A DNA stretch of 48,047 bases, from positions 1 to 48,047 of IMG/VR virus record IMGVR_UViG_3300036790_000104; one strand, given 5' to 3'. The translations under genes and the position numbers were made by a program. Source of the stretch: a virus (lineage: Duplodnaviria > Caudoviricetes). Of the stretch, positions 1 to 8,723 are shown piece after piece (positions within the stretch are counted from its first letter, which is position 1; each line of letters begins with the position of its first letter). The notes beneath the pieces were generated by a model. That model did no database searches, was not told the origin of the DNA, and was given only the letters and a program-made list of their open reading frames with translations.

Positions 1-127
1 ATTTAAAAATATAATTTCATGCTCTCTAAGCCATTGCAATGCAGCGCGATGCAGCGAAAAATAATTCTTGCGCATATGCTCAGGCCGCGCTATGCTTTCC
101 CCATGCCGCTTTTATCGCATATGCGCT
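1..127. repeat. 127-bp terminal direct repeat (copy 1); circular assembly overlap
   Basis: 1-127 identical to 47921-48047; length equals a common assembler k-mer. Confidence 0.95.
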
Positions 128-225
128 TTTCCCTCCCTCCCATATCTATATGCCAGCCGAGCGGCTTCACCCTTAACCTTAACCCTCGCGGGCGAAACCT
201 TGTGGCCCTTTACCGGATTTAACCT

Positions 226-594
226 ATGCTAAACGAAAATAAAGCACTTTTATTCAAACTTGTGGGTGATGAGCAAATACTCAATAACCCGTATCAGACA
301 CAGCCGGTCATTCTTGATTCTGGTAAGTTTTGTTGTTCTGACGGAGAGTGCATCCATGATATATGGTTTAGTCCTACTGGCTTTGGATATAAGGACGATG
401 CAAAGTCAATTGGTTATTTACTTTTACCTGTGCAGGTTTTTCTCAATGAACACAAGGCTAGAAACTATAAATTTTCGACCGTTTCAACTTCAGTTTCAGC
501 CCTGCTGTTAAAAGACTTCAAAGCCAAAATTCCTTTGCCGGTTTGCCCGGTTGAGCACCAAAAGTTGTTCTTCCCTGCTTTATTTATTAAATGA
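226..594 (+). CDS. hypothetical early protein
   Basis: 122-aa ORF, ATGA-coupled to next gene. Confidence 0.6.
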   Translation: MLNENKALLFKLVGDEQILNNPYQTQPVILDSGKFCCSDGECIHDIWFSPTGFGYKDDAKSIGYLLLPVQVFLNEHKARNYKFSTVSTSVSALLLKDFKAKIPLPVCPVEHQKLFFPALFIK

Positions 595-788
595 CGCTCA
601 CACAACTCCAAACCATCGTCGGTTACGCCATTGGCAAATACGGAGGCGAGAGTGAAGTGTCGGTTGACTTTCTCTCAGACCAACATCCACGTTTAAATAA
701 CCTCGACGACGGTCGCATAAACGACATAACAATAAACAAACCAGAGCTACAGTCATCGCAGGTGGTGATGTGGTTGGATTTACCATGA
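591..788 (+). CDS. hypothetical protein
   Basis: 65-aa ORF, ATGA overlaps on both sides. Confidence 0.65.
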   Translation: MTLTQLQTIVGYAIGKYGGESEVSVDFLSDQHPRLNNLDDGRINDITINKPELQSSQVVMWLDLP

Positions 789-1075
789 CCCAGCTTGACC
801 CCATCGTCCGGCTGTTCGCTCAATACGGCATACAGCGTCGTCGCATCGACAACTGGCGACAACTCAATCCTCCCATCGTGGGAGCTATACATGCACTGCC
901 CAACCTACGTGGCCACTGTGTCGCAACCGACGGCATCGAGTGCCTTGTAGTCCAACCCACCGGCAAAACCTTCATCGGTCATTATGACTTTTTCATCCGC
1001 GACCCAGTTGAGACGTCCTCAGCACGCGGGCGAGAACAAACCAGAACGCAGAGATTGAAAGAGAAATACCAATGA
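785..1075 (+). CDS. hypothetical protein
   Basis: ATG at 785 overlaps upstream TGA; ATGA-coupled downstream. Confidence 0.7.
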   Translation: MTQLDPIVRLFAQYGIQRRRIDNWRQLNPPIVGAIHALPNLRGHCVATDGIECLVVQPTGKTFIGHYDFFIRDPVETSSARGREQTRTQRLKEKYQ

Positions 1076-1278
1076 AAAAACATTCATCTATCACATTAGA
1101 GCGGGTAATGGAAGCTGTCGAACGTCAATCAACAGGAACCGATAACCCAGGTTTCTGTATCGAATGTGGCGAAGAACAAGATGGTTGCGAACCAGACGCA
1201 CGTGAATATGGATGTGAATCGTGCGAAACCAATACAGTTTACGGCGCAGAAGAACTGCTTATGATGATGGGCGTGTAA
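1072..1278 (+). CDS. small zinc-ribbon protein
   Basis: CIEC...CESC motif pair. Confidence 0.75.
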   Translation: MKKHSSITLERVMEAVERQSTGTDNPGFCIECGEEQDGCEPDAREYGCESCETNTVYGAEELLMMMGV

Positions 1279-1299
1279 TATTCACAAAGTGAAACTTAC
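1275..1299 (+). promoter_or_regulatory. 25-bp palindromic site 1 (parS-like/operator)
   Basis: GTAATATTCACAAAGTGAAACTTAC; its TAA is the stop of 1072..1278. Confidence 0.9.
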
Positions 1300-1318
1300 T
1301 TTCTACAAAAGCTCAAAT

Positions 1319-1543
1319 ATGACAATACAAATCACCTTTGAAGTCAACCCCACTGACTACGGTAAACTAGCTGACTGCACTCCCACCCAGGGAGTAGAGA
1401 TAGCTAATGCTATTTACAACGGCTTCGCTGACCCGCCCAACACTGCACAAGTTCTTATTGAACCCGACGTTCACGAAGCGGGAGAAGGAGCACTTACTAC
1501 AAATATAACCTTCCCCTACACCGCCCCAGAGGCCGCGCAATGA
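1319..1543 (+). CDS. hypothetical protein
   Basis: ATG at 1319 after A-rich leader; ATGA-coupled downstream. Confidence 0.65.
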   Translation: MTIQITFEVNPTDYGKLADCTPTQGVEIANAIYNGFADPPNTAQVLIEPDVHEAGEGALTTNITFPYTAPEAAQ

Positions 1544-1752
1544 CGCCCAATATTCCTGATTCCGAGTGGATCGTTATCGAAACCAACGAACCCTATGAAT
1601 GCACACGTTGGTGGGTTTCTAACCAACAATACAACAATCTTCATGCTATAAACGGCTATATGGAGTTTGAATGTTTCAACCCGAAGGCCGCCCAATGGCT
1701 TCGCGATACCTTAAACACTTTGTCGCCCTCGGCGACATCTACACAAACCTAA
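1540..1752 (+). CDS. hypothetical protein
   Basis: 70-aa ORF, ATGA-coupled. Confidence 0.65.
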   Translation: MTPNIPDSEWIVIETNEPYECTRWWVSNQQYNNLHAINGYMEFECFNPKAAQWLRDTLNTLSPSATSTQT

Positions 1753-1777
1753 ACCTAAAACAAACAGAAAGAACAAA

Positions 1778-2539
1778 ATGACACAAAGAACAGAAACTCG
1801 CTTCTCCTCACTTGGACTCAAGGACGGCTTCCGCTTCGGCATTTACCCTAGCGTTGAAGTCATCTCGGAAGACCTCGGAGCTGATGCGTCGAAGAAGATC
1901 ACTGAAATCGTCAACAGGCAGTTGGCGGCGCACACGACAGCAACGCAAGCCCGCGACCAGTTCACCACGGACATCGAACGCGTGACCGGCTTCAAATACC
2001 TGACCGAGGAAGTCGAAGGTAAGGGCAAGAACGCGGGGAAGACCCGCACCGTGCCAGCGGAGAATGAAAAGGAATACGTCAACCGTTTCCGCAAAGCCTG
2101 CGTTGAGGGGTATACTTTCCATCCCGCCTCCGACCTCGGCACCAAGGCCGAGAGTGCAGCAGGTGAAGAAGACGGCGAGACCTCGATTGCCGATCAACTC
2201 AAACACTTGGCGCACTCTCACACCCACTCTACAGCCGATGAAATCGAAGCGTGGTTACAGACGTTGGCCAACCTCCGTCTCTACAACCTCGATGCACGTG
2301 TGACCGAACGCACAGCAAAGGAAAAGGGCCTGCCGAAGTATGCACTGGAAGGTGCAGCGGCCATCTACGCAGCAGGTGCAGAACGTATCGCCCACTGGCG
2401 CAAGCGGTTCTCGAAGAACGGCGTCACGCTGGCGGAGTTCGACGTCACCGACGAAGCGGCGAAGGAATCAAACCTCAAAACCCTGGCTACCGCTATCGTC
2501 GCAAACGAAGCGGCGGAGTCGGCCAATAAATACAAATAA
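1778..2539 (+). CDS. hypothetical protein (charged, helical)
   Basis: 253-aa ORF with long A-rich leader AAACAAACAGAAAGAACAAAATG. Confidence 0.85.
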   Translation: MTQRTETRFSSLGLKDGFRFGIYPSVEVISEDLGADASKKITEIVNRQLAAHTTATQARDQFTTDIERVTGFKYLTEEVEGKGKNAGKTRTVPAENEKEYVNRFRKACVEGYTFHPASDLGTKAESAAGEEDGETSIADQLKHLAHSHTHSTADEIEAWLQTLANLRLYNLDARVTERTAKEKGLPKYALEGAAAIYAAGAERIAHWRKRFSKNGVTLAEFDVTDEAAKESNLKTLATAIVANEAAESANKYK

Positions 2540-2647
2540 ATGAACAACAACACAAAGGCACGTTGGATTCGGACTACAAAAGCCCAACGACGTGCTGCCG
2601 CCTTAGATAAGCGAAAAAGTAAACGGGTCAAAGTAGGCCGACCGTAA
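2540..2647 (+). CDS. small basic protein (35 aa)
   Basis: ATG directly after upstream TAA; MNNNTKARWIRTTKAQRRAAALDKRKSKRVKVGRP. Confidence 0.5.
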   Translation: MNNNTKARWIRTTKAQRRAAALDKRKSKRVKVGRP

Positions 2648-2719
2648 CCCCACACCCCCGCTTTGTGTGCTTTGTGTACAGATGGGCAAACGAAGCGGGG
2701 TAGTGGTGTTATACTAAAT

Positions 2720-2870
2720 GAGCAAGTGGCGGAAGATAGACGCCTTAGATAAAAACTAAAGTGAAAAAGAGAAAGCAAAACTTGGTGTTGCGTTGGATTA
2801 ACAGTCCAAAGATTCGAGTTCAAATCTCGTTCTCCTTCAATGCAGGTATCAAATCCTGCCTTGCTCACCA
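2720..2870 (+). ncRNA. 151-nt tRNA-like RNA with encoded CCA end and a nested cloverleaf
   Basis: Acceptor stem GAGCAAG/CTTGCTC + ACCA; D-arm-like GCG-GAAGATAGA-CGC; T-arm-like GCAGG-TATCAAAT-CCTGC. Confidence 0.75.
2766..2838 (+). tRNA. degenerate inner tRNA-like cloverleaf (loop triplet AAC)
   Basis: GCAA/TTGC D-stem with GG in loop; TTGGA-TTAACAG-TCCAA; CGAG-TTCAAAT-CTCG; AAAGAGA/TCTCCTT 6 of 7 pairs; 73 nt. Confidence 0.55.
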
Positions 2871-2896
2871 AATTTAGTAAAAAGGAGGTGATGATT

Positions 2897-3010
2897 ATGC
2901 TTGGAACTGTGCTATTAGTTGATGACTCTATGTCACAACGCCATCTAGCCGAATTGTCCAAGACGTATCGCCCCGAACGGCAATGCCAAGTAGGGGCACA
3001 ATTTTTATGA
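2897..3010 (+). CDS. 37-aa peptide behind an extended Shine-Dalgarno
   Basis: AAAGGAGGTGAT at 2881-2892; stop overlaps next ATG (ATGA). Confidence 0.5.
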   Translation: MLGTVLLVDDSMSQRHLAELSKTYRPERQCQVGAQFL

Positions 3011-3255
3011 CAACTATACAACACCCAAGCGGCGGGCGCATCACCGGTTTCGCCCAACCTCACATACGTGCCAACTGGCCCACCGCTGTCAGAGGTAAAC
3101 TGCTCACTGATCGACGCATCGCTCACTACCAGAAACAAGGCGTCTATGGGTCGAACGGCTTTCTGCAAAACGCAAAACAACAAACCCAGAAAAAACAACA
3201 ACGTCGCGAACCAGCAAAAGCTCGGTTGGAGAGGTTGTTGAGAAAATATCAATGA
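3007..3255 (+). CDS. hypothetical basic protein
   Basis: ATGA-coupled ORF MTTIQHPSGG...LLRKYQ. Confidence 0.65.
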   Translation: MTTIQHPSGGRITGFAQPHIRANWPTAVRGKLLTDRRIAHYQKQGVYGSNGFLQNAKQQTQKKQQRREPAKARLERLLRKYQ

Positions 3256-3334
3256 CTTTTCCTATCGTATGTCGTGGTAAACGGCAGCACATCGTGCGAA
3301 GACACAAATCGGCAGCGATAGGATTTTCTCAAAC

Positions 3335-3359
3335 GTAATATTCACAAAGTGAAACTTAC
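3335..3359 (+). promoter_or_regulatory. 25-bp palindromic site 2
   Basis: GTAATATTCACAAAGTGAAACTTAC, 12 bp upstream of ATG 3372. Confidence 0.9.
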
Positions 3360-3371
3360 CCAAATCTATAT

Positions 3372-3587
3372 ATGACCATTTCCACCGCCGACTTTATTCA
3401 GCTACTCGACGCTCAGACAACGTATAAAAAAGAACGCCAACAACTTACCCTTGAAGTGCTCAACACCACCGAATACGACTTTGAGGTCACGGTTCGTATA
3501 CGAATGCCCCGTGACCAAGCACAATTCATCCCGATGCGTCATGCTTTAGCTAATTATACAGGGAAGGGAATAAATTATGGTGGTTGA
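3372..3587 (+). CDS. hypothetical protein
   Basis: 71-aa ORF in early operon. Confidence 0.7.
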   Translation: MTISTADFIQLLDAQTTYKKERQQLTLEVLNTTEYDFEVTVRIRMPRDQAQFIPMRHALANYTGKGINYGG

Positions 3588-4143
3588 TCAAGCGGGTCTA
3601 CCCTACTACAAACAGGAGAAATCCTTCCAACGTTACGCCCGCATCATTGCCGACGCAGTTGATATGTTTCCTGACGTCATCACCCACGACCCCTCGCAAA
3701 GCGATCCCCCGTTGTCGGTTGAAACATTCAACAGTCGGTTTACCTATGCAGTGCGTTCTGCTATTGAATTTGGTTACACCCACCCACGCATCGATCAAGC
3801 CCAATTTTATAAAGTGCACAACCAGATAAAATGCGTCATTCGTCAAAACTGCTGTGTCATCGGCTCGCTACAAGGCATTAAGGAGTGGGATAATGTTAGA
3901 TCAAAAGCCTCACCCTCATTCGACACGGCTAAAGCTTTAACAGCCACCCAAAACGAATATGAGTTCGCCGGAACAGACCTGGAAATCCTCTCACTGTGCA
4001 AACTCCTGGCACGCAAAACCATGTCACCGCAACCCCTTTTCTTTATCACAAACCCCTCAATAGAACTCCAACAATTTATAAACGAACATGATGTGCTGTT
4101 GGAACAAGACACAAAAGATAAAACAAAATGGAGGTTGATATGA
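3577..4143 (+). CDS. hypothetical protein
   Basis: 188-aa ORF overlapping neighbours by a few bases. Confidence 0.8.
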   Translation: MVVDQAGLPYYKQEKSFQRYARIIADAVDMFPDVITHDPSQSDPPLSVETFNSRFTYAVRSAIEFGYTHPRIDQAQFYKVHNQIKCVIRQNCCVIGSLQGIKEWDNVRSKASPSFDTAKALTATQNEYEFAGTDLEILSLCKLLARKTMSPQPLFFITNPSIELQQFINEHDVLLEQDTKDKTKWRLI

Positions 4144-4409
4144 AAACACCGAAAGAATGGTTGGCTATAAATTATGACAAATTTCAAGAATTGTATCCAG
4201 ACACCTGTAAACTTATTGATCTAATCCGCCGCATCCAGCAAGACGCGCAGCCGAAGTGGGTTTCTGGTGAAATAGCAAAAACATGGCCAGATTTCGCTAT
4301 CGCTATTGTCAAGGATGAAAACTTCGCTAACATTAGGAGTGTAGAAGATATTAAAAACTTCAAAAACACCGAAGGGTTAAAGTTTTTAAATTTAGATGGA
4401 ATACTATGA
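4140..4409 (+). CDS. hypothetical protein
   Basis: ATGA-coupled; MKTPKEWL. Confidence 0.7.
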   Translation: MKTPKEWLAINYDKFQELYPDTCKLIDLIRRIQQDAQPKWVSGEIAKTWPDFAIAIVKDENFANIRSVEDIKNFKNTEGLKFLNLDGIL

Positions 4410-4768
4410 CCAACGAAGAACAGAACATAGCAGTTGCGGAGTTGGTGGGGTGGAAGAAAACAAAAGATAGTTGGATTTCACCAACTGGCAGTTCAAATTC
4501 TAGGTTTAGAAGTGATGAGTTTGGGTTAACTAATGCTAAGATTCCAGACGAGGATATTATACCAAATTATGGCGAAGACCTGAATGCGATGCACGAGGCG
4601 GAGAAGAAATTATCTATGGGTCAACTTGTGGAGTATGGGAAACATCTTAACAGAATGGATTTGAAATACAATTATGGCTATGTTGAAACGGTAATTAGTT
4701 CTACCGCCTCCCAACGCCGTGAAGCTCTTTTACGAACAATCGGTAAATACAAAGAACAAAAACAATGA
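4406..4768 (+). CDS. phage ABA-sandwich-like protein
   Basis: IAVAELVGW...PNYGEDLNAMHEAEKKL...ASQRREALL pattern. Confidence 0.6.
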   Translation: MTNEEQNIAVAELVGWKKTKDSWISPTGSSNSRFRSDEFGLTNAKIPDEDIIPNYGEDLNAMHEAEKKLSMGQLVEYGKHLNRMDLKYNYGYVETVISSTASQRREALLRTIGKYKEQKQ

Positions 4769-5229
4769 ACACAAACTTCACCGACCCATACAGCGGCGAC
4801 AAGAAAAACTGTCTCCGCTGTTCCATCCACCTCGGACGTGATGACCTCGGCTTCCTGAAATCACTAGACCCTGAGCATCACAGTCGCGCCACCACCTTCG
4901 GAATCCTTTTCACAAAACTAATACATGAACTCAAACGAAATAACATCACAGAATACGATCCTGCCCGCTACCGAACCGCCATCGGCGGCCTCACCATTAC
5001 CCTCGGACAAACAGAACGAACCAATGACCCAGGACGAGCTGGAAGCCCCCCTTCTCTCAGTAATGCCCACCAAAGCGATAGTCGAGATGACGGACGAGGA
5101 GTTGCAGCAGTTCCACAGCCGGCACAGGCAGCACCGTCTGTCGATGCAGGTATTACAATCCCACCTAAGAGGAAACGCCGCACCAGCGTCAAAGCCGTCG
5201 CCAACGAAGGAGAAGGAGTTGGCTCTTAA
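4765..5229 (+). CDS. hypothetical protein with low-complexity C-terminal tail
   Basis: 154-aa ORF, ATGA-coupled. Confidence 0.7.
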   Translation: MNTNFTDPYSGDKKNCLRCSIHLGRDDLGFLKSLDPEHHSRATTFGILFTKLIHELKRNNITEYDPARYRTAIGGLTITLGQTERTNDPGRAGSPPSLSNAHQSDSRDDGRGVAAVPQPAQAAPSVDAGITIPPKRKRRTSVKAVANEGEGVGS

Positions 5230-5245
5230 AGGAAAATATGTATGA
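5024..5245 (+). CDS. hypothetical protein overlapping the previous gene in another frame
   Basis: A-rich leader CAAACAGAACGAACCAATG; stop is ATGA-coupled to 5242. Confidence 0.6.
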   Translation: MTQDELEAPLLSVMPTKAIVEMTDEELQQFHSRHRQHRLSMQVLQSHLRGNAAPASKPSPTKEKELALKGKYV

Positions 5246-5358
5246 AAACTAAATGGTATCATTTTTGGAACCCACAAAGCGGGTTTATAGGTGGCTGTAT
5301 ATTAGGTATAATATTTTTTGTTTTAATTATTACTTTAAAATGCTTAATTTACCCCTAA
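5242..5358 (+). CDS. small membrane protein (38 aa)
   Basis: hydrophobic FIGGCILGIIFFVLIITL. Confidence 0.5.
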   Translation: MKTKWYHFWNPQSGFIGGCILGIIFFVLIITLKCLIYP

Positions 5359-6374
5359 TCGACGGCTGTCTTATCCTAGACAACTCCGCCCTATCAGTCC
5401 TTCAAGCGTGTCCATACGAATTTGAAACCGCTCTTGTCAAAAAGCGCGTATCGTCAGCAGGTAAAGCCGGGGCGAACTTCGGTTCCGCATGTCACATCGC
5501 CCTTAAGATGAGATATGACATCTACGGCAACGAACCCTGCTCACTCGTTCCCAATATCTTGGCTGCGATGGACGACCACTTCATGCAATCGCCCGAACCC
5601 GTCGGCGACCACCGCAACTTCAACATGGCATCAGAGTGGTTAGCCGCATATAATCGTATGTATAAGAAGGAGCCGTTTGACATTTTGAAACTCCACGACG
5701 GGCGGAGCTTTGTTGAGCGGTCGTTTTTGAGACCCTTCGGTGAAATCGCCGACGAGGGTGCGATTATTAAAGTAGACCCAACAATCGCTATTCAATCTTG
5801 GATTGAAAACTGTAAAAGTTTCTGCATCACTCCTATACTATATAGCGGCCGTATCGACCTTGGTATATCTGACAACGGCGAGTGGGTCTTAGATCACAAA
5901 ACCGCTTACCAATTCGGCAAAGCCTTCCAGTTGGAAATGGCTTCGACCCCACAGATGCGTGGATACTGCTGGGAGTTCAAACACTACTATGGCCGGATGC
6001 CAAAGGGTTATATCATAAACGCTATGCGCGTTCGACCGCCGGTTAAAGGAGCCGAGTATGACCCATCGTTGCTATTTCGCACTGACGGTAAAGATCCTGA
6101 TTTCGTTCGCTTACCCTTCACCGTCACCGAACAAGACATCACGGAATGGGAGCAAAACACTTTCGCCTTGATTGAAGAACTGGTGTGGTGTGCTCAACGC
6201 CCCCATTATCCTAAACATAAGAAGAACTGTGTCGGTAAATACGGCCCGTGTCAATTTTATGAACTGTGTAACAACGTCGACCCCTTACACAGAGATAGCT
6301 ATTTGGCGAGTCCGGTGTTTATGGATAACACCTGGAGCGCGCTGAACAAACCAGAAACCGCAAAGGAAGAATGA
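5340..6374 (+). CDS. PD-(D/E)XK Cas4/RecB-like exonuclease
   Basis: FGSACH, VERSF, GRIDL, VLDHKT, QMRGYCW, C-terminal Cys cluster CVGKYGPCQFYELC. Confidence 0.85.
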   Translation: MLNLPLIDGCLILDNSALSVLQACPYEFETALVKKRVSSAGKAGANFGSACHIALKMRYDIYGNEPCSLVPNILAAMDDHFMQSPEPVGDHRNFNMASEWLAAYNRMYKKEPFDILKLHDGRSFVERSFLRPFGEIADEGAIIKVDPTIAIQSWIENCKSFCITPILYSGRIDLGISDNGEWVLDHKTAYQFGKAFQLEMASTPQMRGYCWEFKHYYGRMPKGYIINAMRVRPPVKGAEYDPSLLFRTDGKDPDFVRLPFTVTEQDITEWEQNTFALIEELVWCAQRPHYPKHKKNCVGKYGPCQFYELCNNVDPLHRDSYLASPVFMDNTWSALNKPETAKEE

Positions 6375-6853
6375 GTCTAAAATCCCGAATACAAAATAAT
6401 CAAGACGGTGACTTCTCATGGCAGTTAAGACGTTCCTTTTGGAACGGCCTGATCATGGGTATTTATGGTTCAAAACTAACGGTTCTTGAAACTGAATACA
6501 AGGAAAACGTCGATATCGAAATTGAAGAACAACGAATAAACATCACTACCAAAACCCGCGAAGCTCTTGTCGCTAGTCTTCAAATCTTTGGAGGAAAGTG
6601 GAATAAAGAGAAAAACACATGGGAGGAAACCGTGATTGACTATGTTCAAGAAATTGAACATCCTTTGTTATATACCTTTACTATTGTCTGTAAAGGGGCA
6701 CCCCCACCTTCATGCAAAATCATTGAGGAAGATGTCGAAATTCCGGCTCACACCATCAAACGCAAACGCATTGAATGTCCGAAGTCAACAGCAGAACAAC
6801 CCGTTCCCATCGAAACCATTGAAGGTGTTGAACTCGTGGAGGCGGTTGAATGA
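6371..6853 (+). CDS. hypothetical protein
   Basis: 160-aa ORF, ATGA-coupled both sides. Confidence 0.75.
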   Translation: MSLKSRIQNNQDGDFSWQLRRSFWNGLIMGIYGSKLTVLETEYKENVDIEIEEQRINITTKTREALVASLQIFGGKWNKEKNTWEETVIDYVQEIEHPLLYTFTIVCKGAPPPSCKIIEEDVEIPAHTIKRKRIECPKSTAEQPVPIETIEGVELVEAVE

Positions 6854-7599
6854 TAACAATCCCAACAGAAGACACACCAGCACAACGAACCGATCCCCGG
6901 TTGTTGATGATATACGGTGCACCAAAAATCGGCAAATCGACCATTTTATCACTCCTACCCAAAGGCAAATACCTCATTCTCTCAACCGACCCACGTGGTT
7001 GGGAGTTCCTCGGTGGCCGCTACATCCAAATAAACAACATCCTAGAATTCGTCGAAACCGAACGTGCCATCAAAGCAATGAAAGAACGTCCTGACTTCGT
7101 CGGCATCGACACCGTGGATAACGTCGAAGACTGGGCTAAGATTGAAGCGACCCGCTTATACAAGCTAACACCGGTCGGTAAAAACTTCCAAGGCGATAGC
7201 ATACTATCCCTACCCAACGGCGGTGGATACGACACCTTCTGGAACGTTTTCACCAACGTCATCACCCGCTGTTTGGACTTGGCTCCCCAGGTCATATTCA
7301 CTGGTCACGTCCGAGACAAACTCATCGGCCAGATCAACGGTCAGGATGAGGTATTCACAAAAGACCTCAATCTCACGGGAAAGGTGCGAACCATCTTCAC
7401 CTCAATGGTCGATAGCACAGGCTACCTCTCCCGCGACAAAGACTCAAACCTAAACATCGCCTTCAAAACCCATGACCTCATCGTCAACGGTTCAAGGGCA
7501 GCACACCTGCGGGGCGTGAATATGAAGATGGAAGGTTCTAAATTTGACTGGTCACGTATCTATCCAGACTACTACAATAAAATAAAAGGGACATTATGA
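6850..7599 (+). CDS. Sak4-like AAA/RecA-fold ATPase (ssDNA-annealing recombinase)
   Basis: Walker A IYGAPKIGKST, Walker B VGIDT, FTGH; lies between exonuclease and SSB-like gene. Confidence 0.8.
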   Translation: MITIPTEDTPAQRTDPRLLMIYGAPKIGKSTILSLLPKGKYLILSTDPRGWEFLGGRYIQINNILEFVETERAIKAMKERPDFVGIDTVDNVEDWAKIEATRLYKLTPVGKNFQGDSILSLPNGGGYDTFWNVFTNVITRCLDLAPQVIFTGHVRDKLIGQINGQDEVFTKDLNLTGKVRTIFTSMVDSTGYLSRDKDSNLNIAFKTHDLIVNGSRAAHLRGVNMKMEGSKFDWSRIYPDYYNKIKGTL

Positions 7600-8021
7600 C
7601 TGAAATCGAAATGCGAAATTTAAAAGTAAAGACACCCGCCACCATACAAGAACTAACTAAATTTATTGAGGAAATAACAACCCAAGAACATGACTATGGC
7701 ACATGTGTTTATGCTATGTCTTTGTCGGCGGTAGCGGCTTTTAAATACGCAGCTAGTCAGTTAGGAGTTACAGGTTTTCAAGCCTCTTGTGCCGATTTGG
7801 ATGTAATACGTCGCACTCGTTCTTTAGACTGCCCTTTTATCATCCTTAAAGCTGAGGATTTACTTTATCCTCAATATGACTTGAGAAGAACACTTGAAGA
7901 CTTCATTCAACAACAAACAAAATGGTGTAAAGAACAAGCTGAACTTAGACTAAAAGAGCCAAACAAAGCATGTGAAGAAGTTGAAAATCACTGGAGATTA
8001 TTAGCCGAGACTAAAGTATGA
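7596..8021 (+). CDS. hypothetical protein
   Basis: 141-aa ORF, ATGA-coupled. Confidence 0.75.
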   Translation: MTEIEMRNLKVKTPATIQELTKFIEEITTQEHDYGTCVYAMSLSAVAAFKYAASQLGVTGFQASCADLDVIRRTRSLDCPFIILKAEDLLYPQYDLRRTLEDFIQQQTKWCKEQAELRLKEPNKACEEVENHWRLLAETKV

Positions 8022-8284
8022 TAACCACATACATCGAACTTACCCTTAAAGCGGACAACACCCGCCACCTCATCCCCATCGAAGCCATAAAGCGGGTGGA
8101 TGAAATCAAAAAACCCCCCGGCACCGGGCTTGATAGTAAACCTACCGAAGGGGAAACCTACTGCTCGATTCTTGTGGATAATTTCACTATGCACGTCGGT
8201 GAAACATACAATGACGTGAAAGCCGAAATCAACAAAATCGCATTAGCATTATTTAAATTCCAACTCGCACAAAATGAGCACTAA
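8018..8284 (+). CDS. hypothetical protein
   Basis: 88-aa ORF, ATGA-coupled. Confidence 0.7.
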   Translation: MITTYIELTLKADNTRHLIPIEAIKRVDEIKKPPGTGLDSKPTEGETYCSILVDNFTMHVGETYNDVKAEINKIALALFKFQLAQNEH

Positions 8285-8630
8285 TAACGGTAACGAACAA
8301 CTCTCTTCCCCAGAAGACCGCCAACGAGCGGTGCGTACAGCTTTAGCCAACTCAAAATGGGCCAAAGATGCCGTTTCGACAAAAGAATCATCGGACGAAC
8401 ACAAGGCACAACTACGTCTCGAAGAAGCCACCGTGCGCATCTTCAACCTGTGCCGAGAGGTAAAAGAGCTGGATATTGCAAACGGTGGAACGTATGATGA
8501 AACTGCAATGTCCAAACTCATCATGTCACAATGGATCGAGTTCTTCCGCAAGGAGTCTAAGGAAGGTGTAATCCACATGGCTTGTATCGTCACAACCGGC
8601 TCGATGCTGACAGCTATCAGCGAGCTGTAA
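8274..8630 (+). CDS. hypothetical protein
   Basis: 118-aa ORF ending in palindromic site 3. Confidence 0.75.
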   Translation: MSTNNGNEQLSSPEDRQRAVRTALANSKWAKDAVSTKESSDEHKAQLRLEEATVRIFNLCREVKELDIANGGTYDETAMSKLIMSQWIEFFRKESKEGVIHMACIVTTGSMLTAISEL

Positions 8631-8651
8631 TATTCACAAAGTGAATCTTAC
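8627..8651 (+). promoter_or_regulatory. 25-bp palindromic site 3
   Basis: GTAATATTCACAAAGTGAATCTTAC; its TAA is the stop of 8274..8630. Confidence 0.9.
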
Positions 8652-8723
8652 TTAAGAAACAATTTCACGTTACGTTAACGTGGATACAAAGCAAAACAAA
8701 CAAAAACAAAAAGCAAAGCATAT

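Noticed and set aside
2720-2870. tmRNA, group I intron tRNA, or ochre suppressor for the polA TAA
   Set aside because: No Ala G3:U70 acceptor or tag ORF; too short for a group I intron; TTA is not at anticodon positions 34-36 in either loop
2365-3252. 295-aa minus-strand ORF
   Set aside because: Antisense to coupled + strand genes and the tRNA-like RNA; no protein-like motifs
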